From the IMG/VR virus record IMGVR_UViG_3300027822_000011: 64,000 bases of DNA. One strand, 5' to 3'. Below, piece by piece: positions 35,433-44,496 of this stretch. Position 1 is the first letter of the stretch. Each line of letters begins with the position of its first letter. Position numbers and translations under genes: made by a program. The notes below the pieces were generated by a model, which did not search any database, was not told the origin of the DNA, and saw only the letters and a program-made list of their open reading frames with translations. Source of the stretch: a virus.

Positions 35433-36449
35433 TTATTCAGTTATGATTTTGTATCCCTTGTCAGTTTTTTCAATGGTCAGTCCTTTGTCTTTCCGCAATC
35501 TACTGGGAACTTGGACATTTATTGTTTTCATCATTTTTTCAGGGGATCTTTCAGGAAAAACCTTTTCCAGTTTTGCAAGAATTTGTTTCTTGGTTCGATG
35601 TTTTGGAATAATAGCTTTTATGATAATGGCAATGACCCCAACCTTTTTGTCGGATATTTTGACCTTCAACTTTTTTTCTGCCCCTGAATCACTGGCATTT
35701 CTAGTAACTTTTCCTGCAATGATCAGCTGTTTTTTTGAAATTTCTTTCTTTTCTTTCTTTTCAGGAACCGGGGTTTCTTTTTTATCCTTTTTATTTTCGT
35801 TATCTTGATCAGCTTTCATATCTGCCAGATAAGTTGTTGTTTCAAGGACAATTCTTGCATTTTTGATATTTTCAGTATTTGGATTTTTTTCTTCAGCGAA
35901 AAGCATGTCATCAATGATCTGGCTGATATAATCATCATCATAATCAGAAAGATCATTTAAAAGAGTTTCTTTTTCAGGAGCCGGGGTTTCTTTAACATCA
36001 ACTTTATAATTAGTTTTTAAGCTATCCATTATAAAGATATCTCTAGCAGTCCATTTTCCGGCTTTTTCAATTCCAGTTGCATAGAATTCAGTTCCAGTGG
36101 CAACAATATTTATATTATCAAAATTTTCAGCCTGTTTTTTGATTTCTGCCATTTTTTTATCTGTTTCAGTAATTTCTTTTTTTTCAGGGGCCGGAGTTTC
36201 TTTTTTAGTTGTTTTTGGTTCGGTTGAAACCCAATTAAAAGTATTTCCATCTTTTTGCTGCAAAAGCATTCCGTTTAATTTTAATTCTGCCAGGGCGCGG
36301 GCGATTGTTCGGGTTGATGCTATATGACCAACTTTGTTATCAATATCTTTTCTTGAAACTGAACCAACTTCATTATTTAAAAAGGTCATTATTGCTTTTT
36401 TCAGTTCGTCTTTTTTAGTTGTTTTCGTAGTAGCTGTTGTCATTTTCAA
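35433..36449 (-). CDS. Early DNA-binding protein: N-terminal wHTH, KETP(A/V)PEK repeats, basic C-terminal domain paralogous to ORF 19781
   Basis: STRTIARALAEL HTH; three KETPxPEK copies; KKVGVIAII...NVQVPSRLRK. Confidence 0.65.
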   Translation of the reverse strand: MKMTTATTKTTKKDELKKAIMTFLNNEVGSVSRKDIDNKVGHIASTRTIARALAELKLNGMLLQQKDGNTFNWVSTEPKTTKKETPAPEKKEITETDKKMAEIKKQAENFDNINIVATGTEFYATGIEKAGKWTARDIFIMDSLKTNYKVDVKETPAPEKETLLNDLSDYDDDYISQIIDDMLFAEEKNPNTENIKNARIVLETTTYLADMKADQDNENKKDKKETPVPEKKEKKEISKKQLIIAGKVTRNASDSGAEKKLKVKISDKKVGVIAIIIKAIIPKHRTKKQILAKLEKVFPERSPEKMMKTINVQVPSRLRKDKGLTIEKTDKGYKIITE

Positions 36450-36496
36450 TCTCCTTATTTTGTTTTTTATATTTGATTCCCTGTTAATCTGTCAAT

Positions 36497-36525
36497 AATA
36501 TATACCTTTAAAAACATTAAATCAC
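36497..36525 (-). promoter_or_regulatory. Probable sigma70-type early promoter
   Basis: GTGATT-N17-TATATT; upstream TTTAAAAAAACTTTAAAAAAA shared with the 34986 promoter. Confidence 0.5.
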
Positions 36526-36602
36526 GCTTTTTTTAAAGTTTTTTTAAATTATTTTTTAAATTATTTTTAAAGAAAGATAAGGGATTGATTTTACAAGAGA
36601 TA

Positions 36603-36620
36603 GGGAGGCTTTCACCCCCC
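36603..36620 (-). terminator. Terminator-like hairpin after the glycosyltransferase operon
   Basis: GGGGGG-TGAAAG-CCTCCC followed by TATCTCTTGT. Confidence 0.45.
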
Positions 36621-36624
36621 TTTT

Positions 36625-37029
36625 TTATTTACTCCATCTTAAAGAAACAAGAAATTTCTTGAAAGATACAAAATCAAGCAATAATTCTTTTTGATAGAAT
36701 TCTATATGTTCAACTTTTATTGAACTGAAGTGAATTACTGGGGCAGTAATTATATGCATACCTGGAACCGGCTTTATTTTAATCAATCCGGAGGATAACT
36801 TAAACAGACCGTAATAATTAAAAGAAAGGATACTGCCATATTCAAAACCTTTTCCAATAAATCCAGCAAATGGGGTTTTATGGAGTTTTCCAACTCTCAA
36901 CGGCACCGGTTCTGATTTAATTTTAAAATTACCATTTTCATACATGGGTATCAAAATATTGTTTTCAAATTCAGTTAAATATCCTTTCCATTTTTCAATC
37001 ATTCTTTCTTTCTCCATTTTGCCACCCAT
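36625..37029 (-). CDS. Hypothetical protein
   Basis: 134-aa ORF. Confidence 0.5.
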   Translation of the reverse strand: MGGKMEKERMIEKWKGYLTEFENNILIPMYENGNFKIKSEPVPLRVGKLHKTPFAGFIGKGFEYGSILSFNYYGLFKLSSGLIKIKPVPGMHIITAPVIHFSSIKVEHIEFYQKELLLDFVSFKKFLVSLRWSK

Positions 37030-38054
37030 TCATTTAAAGTAATGATAGTATTATCCTTTATTAATAGGCGCTGTCTTATATAATTTGGATCATGTAAAAT
37101 TTTAGTGACCCAATCATTTAAAATTTCAGGACGACCCTTGGTTACTTCCCGGAGATTAATCAATGCCTTATATCCTCCAAACAAATAATGCGCCACAAAC
37201 CGATTCCATATAGTTCCATCATACGTTGAATGGTAATCACGTCTTTCCCCATGGTGGTGCAAAACAGTTCCTGGGTGGATGAATTTTGAGTGCCCGGTAA
37301 CTGATAAAGCATAATTCATAAAATTTTCACCACCGCCATATGCTCCAAATGAAGTAGGCCAACCACCAACCCTTTCATATACCTGTCTTGAAATCATCAT
37401 GCCACAAGTACTCATACAAGATACTTCAAATAACTGGACTTTTTTATCAGGCATACTGGTAAAAGAATATCCATAAAAATTATTCTCAACAACCATTTTA
37501 TATATCAATTTGCGCCATTCTAAAATTTTATAAGTCAATGGCATATGGAAAGTCCCAATTGATTCGTATCCATTAATGTAATCTGAATACATTTCAGGTA
37601 TCCCGGCATCAGGAACACAATGGGCATCAATGAATAAAAAAGTATCTGCCTTTGCTGCAATACAAGCCAACCTTTTACATTCCCAATGACTAAGCTGTTC
37701 GTTATATTCCATATAACGCAACCAAGGATTTCCCCCGGCTGACGCTTTTATGGCATCTCCTGCTTTATCCTGGTGAAAACTTGGGGCCAGTTTACTGGCA
37801 ATTTCATTAATATCACTTACCATTAACTCCCCATTTTGCTTTGCAGCTTTTTCACTTAAATCTCTGGCAACATTATATTGAGCAAACTGCCATTGAGTAG
37901 TTAATTCTGGGCACATATTATTCACAGCAATTATTTCAAAATTAAGCTTGCCCAACAGAGTTGAAGCAATCGACTGAATTGTAAACAAAGCCTGGGGATA
38001 TTCTCCCGCAAATGGGATGATAATTGATAAATCAGGTTTCATATGTGCCTCCAT
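36999..38054 (-). CDS. Glycosyltransferase, GT-A fold (GT2-like)
   Basis: LSIIIPF, FLFIDAH (DxH), VGGW...YGGGE. Confidence 0.8.
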   Translation of the reverse strand: MEAHMKPDLSIIIPFAGEYPQALFTIQSIASTLLGKLNFEIIAVNNMCPELTTQWQFAQYNVARDLSEKAAKQNGELMVSDINEIASKLAPSFHQDKAGDAIKASAGGNPWLRYMEYNEQLSHWECKRLACIAAKADTFLFIDAHCVPDAGIPEMYSDYINGYESIGTFHMPLTYKILEWRKLIYKMVVENNFYGYSFTSMPDKKVQLFEVSCMSTCGMMISRQVYERVGGWPTSFGAYGGGENFMNYALSVTGHSKFIHPGTVLHHHGERRDYHSTYDGTIWNRFVAHYLFGGYKALINLREVTKGRPEILNDWVTKILHDPNYIRQRLLIKDNTIITLNEWVAKWRKKE

Positions 38055-38620
38055 CTTTTTTTATTTATTATTTTTCCAATTAAAGGTTGTTTAACTCCAA
38101 ACATTTCAGCAAGAATAGTTTGAGTATATTGTCCTACTGAATATAACTTTCTAATTGTTTTTACTTTATCAGCATTTAATTTAGCAGCAGGATTCAATTC
38201 TCCCTTTGGTAATGGATTTAATCCAGTATCAAAAGCATGTTTAATATTTTCAGAATAAGTGGCCCATTCTAAATTAGTCCACCAATTATTACTTTTATCA
38301 CCATCTTTGTGATGTGGGATATGATCAGGAGAAGGCCTTCGTTCCCCAAAATAATTAATAACTAATTGGTGAACTCCTATTCTTTTACATACCCCATTTC
38401 TAACCAAACCTACTTTTATGTAACCATGATCTCTTTTTCTTGGAAAAATTTTCATAAATACTTCCTGTAAAAGCATAGTTGTTTTTCTATGGGGTACTAA
38501 TCTTTCTAATGATTTTACTTTACCCAAATTAGAAATAGCATAATTTGGGTATTCTTTAATTACTTTCCAGATTTCAAAATTTCTTTTTATACTTAAATCT
38601 GGTTTGATAGTGTTACTCAT
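38039..38620 (-). CDS. NUMOD4-HNH homing endonuclease
   Basis: EIWKVIKEYPNYAISNLGKVKS; HHKDGDKSNNWWTNLEWAT.SEN. Confidence 0.9.
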   Translation of the reverse strand: MSNTIKPDLSIKRNFEIWKVIKEYPNYAISNLGKVKSLERLVPHRKTTMLLQEVFMKIFPRKRDHGYIKVGLVRNGVCKRIGVHQLVINYFGERRPSPDHIPHHKDGDKSNNWWTNLEWATYSENIKHAFDTGLNPLPKGELNPAAKLNADKVKTIRKLYSVGQYTQTILAEMFGVKQPLIGKIINKKRWRHI

Positions 38621-39365
38621 TTATTTTCTCCCATTCAGTAAAAAAAGCTTTAATACCCTTTTTTTGGTATCCGTTGTCTGTCATCCATTTTCTGCCAATA
38701 TCCTGAATAATTGGTGGACATGGTCCCTTTGGTTGAAATACACCAAAATTAGATTTCAAAATTTGTATGTAATTTCCTTTAATTTGTTTTTCAGGATTTG
38801 AGTCTGGTCTTAAAATAGCTGCAAAATACAAAAGAAAAGAAGTTTTATTTAAAGATGGGTGCCCAGCCCATCCAATAGTTCCCCGTAAATTTTCAGGAAT
38901 TTCAAAAAATGCACCATTCCATTTTATATGCTTATTCCATACTTTCATGGTTGACTCACCAGTACTTTTAAAAGATGATAGACGCAAATGAACAAGGTCA
39001 TTATCTTGTTTAAATAAATCAATCATATTAGAAAAACTAAGTGGTTTTACCATTTCCCAATCTTCTTCCAAATTAAAAGTATAAGGTGATGAAAGCTGCC
39101 CCAGACACCTACAAAAGGCTTTTGAAAAACTGGGCGTTTGTGATACCGATATATTTTTAATATAAAATGGAATCGTTTCAAGATAATTCAAAATTTCATG
39201 AAAAGTCTTATCTGGTGTTTTTGAACCGACCATATCAATATTCATTATTAATTTAGCATTGGTAATAGCATCACCAAACAAATTTTTTATGAATGAATCA
39301 AAAGTCCTTTTTATCAAATCCGGTCGCAAAGTTGCCGTCATCATAATATCAAATTTATCATTCAT
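38613..39365 (-). CDS. Glycosyltransferase, GT-A fold
   Basis: IMMTATLRPDLIKRTFDSF, FNLEEDW (ExD metal motif), HPSL. Confidence 0.7.
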   Translation of the reverse strand: MNDKFDIMMTATLRPDLIKRTFDSFIKNLFGDAITNAKLIMNIDMVGSKTPDKTFHEILNYLETIPFYIKNISVSQTPSFSKAFCRCLGQLSSPYTFNLEEDWEMVKPLSFSNMIDLFKQDNDLVHLRLSSFKSTGESTMKVWNKHIKWNGAFFEIPENLRGTIGWAGHPSLNKTSFLLYFAAILRPDSNPEKQIKGNYIQILKSNFGVFQPKGPCPPIIQDIGRKWMTDNGYQKKGIKAFFTEWEKINE

Positions 39366-40074
39366 GTAAACCCATCCTTTGAAAGCAAATTACATTTTTA
39401 TAATATGATGATAATTCTTTTTTAGTCCGGCCAAATGAACCAAGATTAGTTTTCCATCTATTCTCATACTCTTTCATATTAGAAAAACCTTTTTCTTTAA
39501 AAAGGTTAATCCAAAATTGACGCGGGGCACAATTCACATGACCATGCCCTTTTTGGCCGGGGGCAGCTGCAGATATCAGAATATTATCACTTAACAGAAT
39601 CAAATTATCTACATAAATTTTAGCATATTCTATTTCAATATGTTCAGCCACTTCAAGGCTAAAAGCAAGATCATATTTACTTTCACATGATCCCATATTT
39701 AGAGTATACCGTAAATCCCATATTGAAACTTGATCAGTTACCATGAATTCTTCTGCCGCCTGAGAACCCTCAATGCCCCACGCAACATACCCAGAATCAT
39801 TAAACCATTTTACATAATCACCAATTGCGCATCCAACATCAACAATAGTATTGCCTTTATATTGCAATAAATCATAAGTCTTGGCTAATGCTTCACAAAC
39901 ATACGGAGCCCGCCAGGAAAGACTTTTTCGATTCTTAAAAAATCCCCCTTTATACGTCCCACTTACTGAATTTAATATTTTATGCCGCAAAGTTGTTCCA
40001 GCTTTTGACCCCTTTATCCCGGCCAGTACTATATCATTTTTACCTTTGAGCAAATTATCATTTGTAATATTCAT
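39358..40074 (-). CDS. Class I SAM-dependent methyltransferase
   Basis: IVDVGCAIG, GIEGS, YDLAFSLEVAEHI, GQKGHGHVN. Confidence 0.85.
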   Translation of the reverse strand: MNITNDNLLKGKNDIVLAGIKGSKAGTTLRHKILNSVSGTYKGGFFKNRKSLSWRAPYVCEALAKTYDLLQYKGNTIVDVGCAIGDYVKWFNDSGYVAWGIEGSQAAEEFMVTDQVSIWDLRYTLNMGSCESKYDLAFSLEVAEHIEIEYAKIYVDNLILLSDNILISAAAPGQKGHGHVNCAPRQFWINLFKEKGFSNMKEYENRWKTNLGSFGRTKKELSSYYKNVICFQRMGLHE

Positions 40075-40082
40075 TTTGGATT

Positions 40083-40541
40083 TTATTCCTTCCGTTCACT
40101 GGTTGAGTCATCAAAAGATATCATTTTTTCTTTATGATAATCACATATTTCAATCATTTCTCCGGCAGGAGAAACCACGCACCCGCATTCCCTGGTATGA
40201 TTTGATTCTTCAGGAATAGCTTTTGAAAGGTTTTCATTTTCAAAACCTTCCTTTTCCTGCCGCATGATATTTTTAATTTTGTCAGGAGTCAGTTTCCAAT
40301 CTGGGGCAGGTATTGATAAATCAGCCTGTGGGCCACATGGATAAGTTCGTCCGGCAGAATCAAATGAAGCAACCCTGCTCCTTTTTTCAATTGCAATCAT
40401 ATCCAAGCATGCTATTACCTCAAGAAAATCTGAATCATCAATTAAAATCCGTAATATTTCATCAATTGAGGCGTTTTTGAAATCTTTATTTTCTTTCAAA
40501 TCTTGCATTAATTTATTTCTCATGATATCTCCTTTTACCAT
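40083..40541 (-). CDS. Hypothetical protein
   Basis: 152-aa ORF with C-terminal CGC...CDYH. Confidence 0.5.
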   Translation of the reverse strand: MVKGDIMRNKLMQDLKENKDFKNASIDEILRILIDDSDFLEVIACLDMIAIEKRSRVASFDSAGRTYPCGPQADLSIPAPDWKLTPDKIKNIMRQEKEGFENENLSKAIPEESNHTRECGCVVSPAGEMIEICDYHKEKMISFDDSTSERKE

Positions 40542-41661
40542 ATGATTTAAACGAATCCATCAATTTTACTTTACTTTCAATATTTGGTGGATTCCCTTTT
40601 AACATTTTAAAAAATTTGGTTAATTGTGGAATAACTACTGAATCATATCCCATTCTACGTTGGTATATTTTAGCCCTGGCTTTTTTTTCTTTTAAATCAA
40701 AACGCCGCAAAATATCAAAAAGATGATCAGCCCATTGCTCATAACTTTGCCCTGGATTAAAGACAAAAGTTGAAATATAGTCATGCACCAATAATGGGGT
40801 GAACCTGGGTGTATTTGATAATACAACTGGAATCCCACAAGCGTGAGCCTCTAGGATACTTCTATCATTTTGACCACCCGTTCCCAAATGCATAAAAATT
40901 TTACATTCAGAAAATAAATATGATAAAGTTGATTTTTTTAAAATCCCTGGCATAACCACTTCATTTTTTACAAAATTCGTTTTTAACATTTCAAGAGTTT
41001 GAGTTGATCTTCTGGTCCCTCCTGGCATTACAGTTTTTGGATAAAAGCCATATTTATTTTTAAAAGTTTCTATGACTTTAACTGTTTGCCATTGTCCTTT
41101 TTTATCATGAATATTTGATGCCCCAATACAGATATCAAATATAATAGGATTATTTTGAGGATGAAAGATATTTTCATTGGTTGGTTTTACGAAAGGAAAA
41201 TGATACCTACCATGTCTATCAATTTCATTAGTCATTCCTAAATCATCAAAAACAATATCCCACCATGTCCATTTATCCCGGCCAGTATTTGCTGCATAGC
41301 AAATCAACCAATTTTTTCCTTTATATTGCAAAAGGAAATCATGCCAATGACGAAAACCTCCTCTAACAAAAATGATAGTATCATCGTCAATATATTCTTT
41401 TACCAAATTGATTTCAGGAATTACAAAGTTTTTAGCCCCTTTCACAAAATTGGCATAACCTGGGTTAACTCCAGATTCAAAAAATACTTTCATATCAGTT
41501 ATTGTTTTATTATCAATCAAAGATTGAAACATTTGAAAATAACATTCATCACCATGAATTTTTTGATAATGATCACCAGCCGGTTTCTGTTTCCAGGTCT
41601 CCCCAACAATTGACCCTGCCGGGGCTGACCCACTACTCATAAATAAAAATAAAACTTTCAA
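40513..41661 (-). CDS. Glycosyltransferase, GT-B fold (GT4-like)
   Basis: KKGQ, GGQNDRSILEAHACGIPVV. Confidence 0.8.
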   Translation of the reverse strand: MKVLFLFMSSGSAPAGSIVGETWKQKPAGDHYQKIHGDECYFQMFQSLIDNKTITDMKVFFESGVNPGYANFVKGAKNFVIPEINLVKEYIDDDTIIFVRGGFRHWHDFLLQYKGKNWLICYAANTGRDKWTWWDIVFDDLGMTNEIDRHGRYHFPFVKPTNENIFHPQNNPIIFDICIGASNIHDKKGQWQTVKVIETFKNKYGFYPKTVMPGGTRRSTQTLEMLKTNFVKNEVVMPGILKKSTLSYLFSECKIFMHLGTGGQNDRSILEAHACGIPVVLSNTPRFTPLLVHDYISTFVFNPGQSYEQWADHLFDILRRFDLKEKKARAKIYQRRMGYDSVVIPQLTKFFKMLKGNPPNIESKVKLMDSFKSYGKRRYHEK

Positions 41662-41683
41662 AACAAACCTTTTTGTTTTTCCA

Positions 41684-42985
41684 TTAACCCATTACCGGAA
41701 GATAATATCTGGTATAAATTGAATCCATATTATACTTCATTCTGCAATATGTTTTTGTCATTATGGCTTCATTTGAATAAAGCCGATTTAAAATTGCCAT
41801 TGCCACCGCTTCAATATATCCCGGATCATCCAAAGCATCCACTTTTTGTGAAAAGGATCCAAAATCAAAAGATGGTGGATGAATTGACATCACCTCTTGC
41901 ATCATATGAAGTGACCTATTTGTAACCACCATTGCTCCAGAAAAAGCAGCTTCCGGGCCAACTAAACCAAAAGATTCTTCCCGGGTTGGGAAAACAAAAA
42001 GATTTGAAATCAATTGTAATTCACGGATAATCTTTCTTGATATCCCAATGGCATATTCTTCTTTTAATTCTGACGTGAAAATAAAATCACGTTCATATAT
42101 CAAACCAATTGTTTCTGCATGATCAATATACTTTTGAATATCTTCCTTTCTTTGGCGCCCAGTAGCCCATTGATTTGCAATTACCAAAAAGACTGGAACC
42201 TTGGTCTTGATTTTCATGATAGCAAAAAGTTCAATCACTATTCCCAATTGCTTTGCTTCTAATCTATCGGTTGAACAAGGATAAACTTGAACAATCTCTG
42301 AATCCATAATTCTTGTATACCTATCAAGAATTTCATTGGTCTCATCACTGAAATCGTACCAATTTCTTATATCTTTTATATGGGGTATGATTTTCACCCG
42401 GGCAGATGGAATTTTAAAAGATTCGGCAACTCTCATAATTTCCGTTTTATTTGGGAAAACCACTGAATGATTAAACCCCAATTTGTCAAGACTCCACCAG
42501 TCTCTATTTCCTGAAGGAACTGAATGGACCCAATGAAACCACCCGGTAGGAATTTGAGCAGATCGAAGTTTATTATTTGTATCAATGATGGCATGAAAAT
42601 ATGGAAGATTCCATCCAGTAAAAATAAAGTCATGTGTAAGGACAATGGTGACACCATGTTCAAGGAAAGAATGAAAGAAGATATCACCTGCCTCGGCAGA
42701 TAATTCTTTATGATCGTCATTCATATCATCCAACACATAATCTTTCAAATGCATGAATCTTGTTTTTCTTTCAATGATAAGCTGATCACCATATTTACTA
42801 GCAAGATCTACCAAACCGGCAGCTTCATCAAATTTATTATTATATGATTCATTCACATAAATGATTACCTTGTGATTATTTTTAAGCAACATTTGTGCCT
42901 GATCAACCACAATTCCAGTAAGAGAATAACCCGGGTTAAATTCTGCAAAATTGGTCAGGATTGCCACTGTTTTTTTATTTGACAT
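41684..42985 (-). CDS. Glycosyltransferase, GT-B fold (GT4-like)
   Basis: LTHDFI, HWVHS, LFVFPTREESFGLVGPEAA (EX7E). Confidence 0.85.
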   Translation of the reverse strand: MSNKKTVAILTNFAEFNPGYSLTGIVVDQAQMLLKNNHKVIIYVNESYNNKFDEAAGLVDLASKYGDQLIIERKTRFMHLKDYVLDDMNDDHKELSAEAGDIFFHSFLEHGVTIVLTHDFIFTGWNLPYFHAIIDTNNKLRSAQIPTGWFHWVHSVPSGNRDWWSLDKLGFNHSVVFPNKTEIMRVAESFKIPSARVKIIPHIKDIRNWYDFSDETNEILDRYTRIMDSEIVQVYPCSTDRLEAKQLGIVIELFAIMKIKTKVPVFLVIANQWATGRQRKEDIQKYIDHAETIGLIYERDFIFTSELKEEYAIGISRKIIRELQLISNLFVFPTREESFGLVGPEAAFSGAMVVTNRSLHMMQEVMSIHPPSFDFGSFSQKVDALDDPGYIEAVAMAILNRLYSNEAIMTKTYCRMKYNMDSIYTRYYLPVMG

Positions 42986-43056
42986 TTGAATACCTTTCTG
43001 TTTTTGATAAACATTGGTTTTTGGGACACCCCTAAAGATGCCCCAGATTTTAATAA

Positions 43057-43227
43057 TTAAACATTTTCTAAATTTTTTGGATCATTCAACAAGAACTTTT
43101 CTTTGGTATCCCAGTATAAACGATCCATTTCGTTTTTATTCATTCCTTGCTGTTTAGCATAAGTAAAATAACCGGTTAAAAGAATTTTAGCCATTTCTGT
43201 AATCACTATTGCTTTTGTATCAGACAT
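43057..43227 (-). CDS. Small protein in the lysis module
   Basis: Hand translation MSDTKAIVITEMAKILLTGYFTYAKQQG... (56 aa). Confidence 0.5.
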   Translation of the reverse strand: MSDTKAIVITEMAKILLTGYFTYAKQQGMNKNEMDRLYWDTKEKFLLNDPKNLENV

Positions 43228-43247
43228 CACGCCCCTTTCTTATAAAA

Positions 43248-43622
43248 CTAAAGAAGAGTTGACCGATTTAAAAGCCCTAAAATTTCCGGCAATAAATCAG
43301 GAGGAATTGGATCCCCAGTAATCATAAAGCTATCATATGATTTTATCAATGGATAAACGTCTATCAAAATTTTTTTCTTTTTTCGAAGAACTTCTTTTTG
43401 ATCATCAGACAAGGTGGGCTCATCTACTTTTACCCAGTCACCAGTCACTTTTGAATATCCAGTGGTTATCATATAATCATCATATTGCATATTGAATTGG
43501 TCATAAATTGTAACCAATTGCTGCTGTGGGGAAGGGCCGTCCCGATTCAAACAACCCGTCAAAAGAACAATCAAAGCCGACATAAAAAGAATAGCCATTA
43601 ATCTTGATTTTACTACTTTCAT
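43248..43622 (-). CDS. Lipoprotein, spanin-like
   Basis: Signal peptide with lipobox LLTGC; follows the holin-like gene. Confidence 0.6.
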   Translation of the reverse strand: MKVVKSRLMAILFMSALIVLLTGCLNRDGPSPQQQLVTIYDQFNMQYDDYMITTGYSKVTGDWVKVDEPTLSDDQKEVLRKKKKILIDVYPLIKSYDSFMITGDPIPPDLLPEILGLLNRSTLL

Positions 43623-43649
43623 TCATTCCTCCTTTAAAAAGTTTAAAAT

Positions 43650-43934
43650 TTACTCGTCGTCCGGTATTTTCACATTTTCCAGATCTTTCTGGGTATCCTT
43701 TATTGGGGTTTCTGGAACATGTGAAATATCATCAGAACTGCCATAATAATAAGTTAAAATTAAAGTCAAAAGATTCCCAGAAACAAAGCCAATAACCGGG
43801 CCAGTAAATTCAGATTTTACAACCGTTTCAGAAAAACAGGCCAGCATAATAAATGCCATTCCCACCAAAAAAGAAAGAACAGCAAAAAATGCTCTGAATT
43901 TTACTCTGAATTCTTCCGATTGAAACTTACTCAT
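43650..43934 (-). CDS. Holin-like two-TM protein
   Basis: Two hydrophobic segments, YYYGSS after TM2, charged tail. Confidence 0.6.
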   Translation of the reverse strand: MSKFQSEEFRVKFRAFFAVLSFLVGMAFIMLACFSETVVKSEFTGPVIGFVSGNLLTLILTYYYGSSDDISHVPETPIKDTQKDLENVKIPDDE

Positions 43935-43991
43935 AACCTTTTCCTTTTATTTTATATCATTATAAAAATATAATAATCATTGACATTATTT

Positions 43992-44483
43992 TTAAGCTGT
44001 AGTGGTAGTAGTTGATGTCGTCGTTGAAGTTGTACTTGGTAATGAACCAATATCATATGAACCATTTAAAATTAGGGTAGTTGCGCTATGTGCCATGCCC
44101 ATTATCTGAGTTGTTCCACTTGGACTTTGAGTCAATTCTCCTGCAATACTTGCACTTAAAAATACTGGGGAACCCGGAATAAAAGTCCAAGCTGCATTTG
44201 TAATAGGTCCCACTCTTTGAATATTAATTTCATCATCCAAAATTCCAGTTACCAAAGTCAATCCTAATGCAGGTTGTAATTTTCCACCTGACTTAGCTAA
44301 TTTATACTTGGTTTCCCCTTTAAAAATTCCAACAGCTTTATATTGACCAACTGTTTCACCAAGAATAGCTTGTAAATTAGTATGAATTACAGAATCTAAT
44401 TGGGCCATGTCTGAATTCATAATTGTATCCCAGCCCTGAACTGAATATTCAATATTATGCAAGCTGTATTTAGAAGTTGTCAT
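43992..44483 (-). CDS. Virion fiber/cement-like protein with a Thr/Ser tail
   Basis: ALGL, WTFIPGSPVFLS..AGELTQSP..QIMGMA.SAT; C-terminus STTSTTTSTTTTTA. Confidence 0.55.
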   Translation of the reverse strand: MTTSKYSLHNIEYSVQGWDTIMNSDMAQLDSVIHTNLQAILGETVGQYKAVGIFKGETKYKLAKSGGKLQPALGLTLVTGILDDEINIQRVGPITNAAWTFIPGSPVFLSASIAGELTQSPSGTTQIMGMAHSATTLILNGSYDIGSLPSTTSTTTSTTTTTA

Positions 44484-44496
44484 TTTTCCTCCAAAA

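Noticed and set aside
43021-43046. Hairpin between the lysis genes and the glycosyltransferases as a strong terminator
   Set aside because: The stem relies on several G-U pairs and is followed by A's, not U's, on the coding strand, so read-through into the GT cassette remains plausible.
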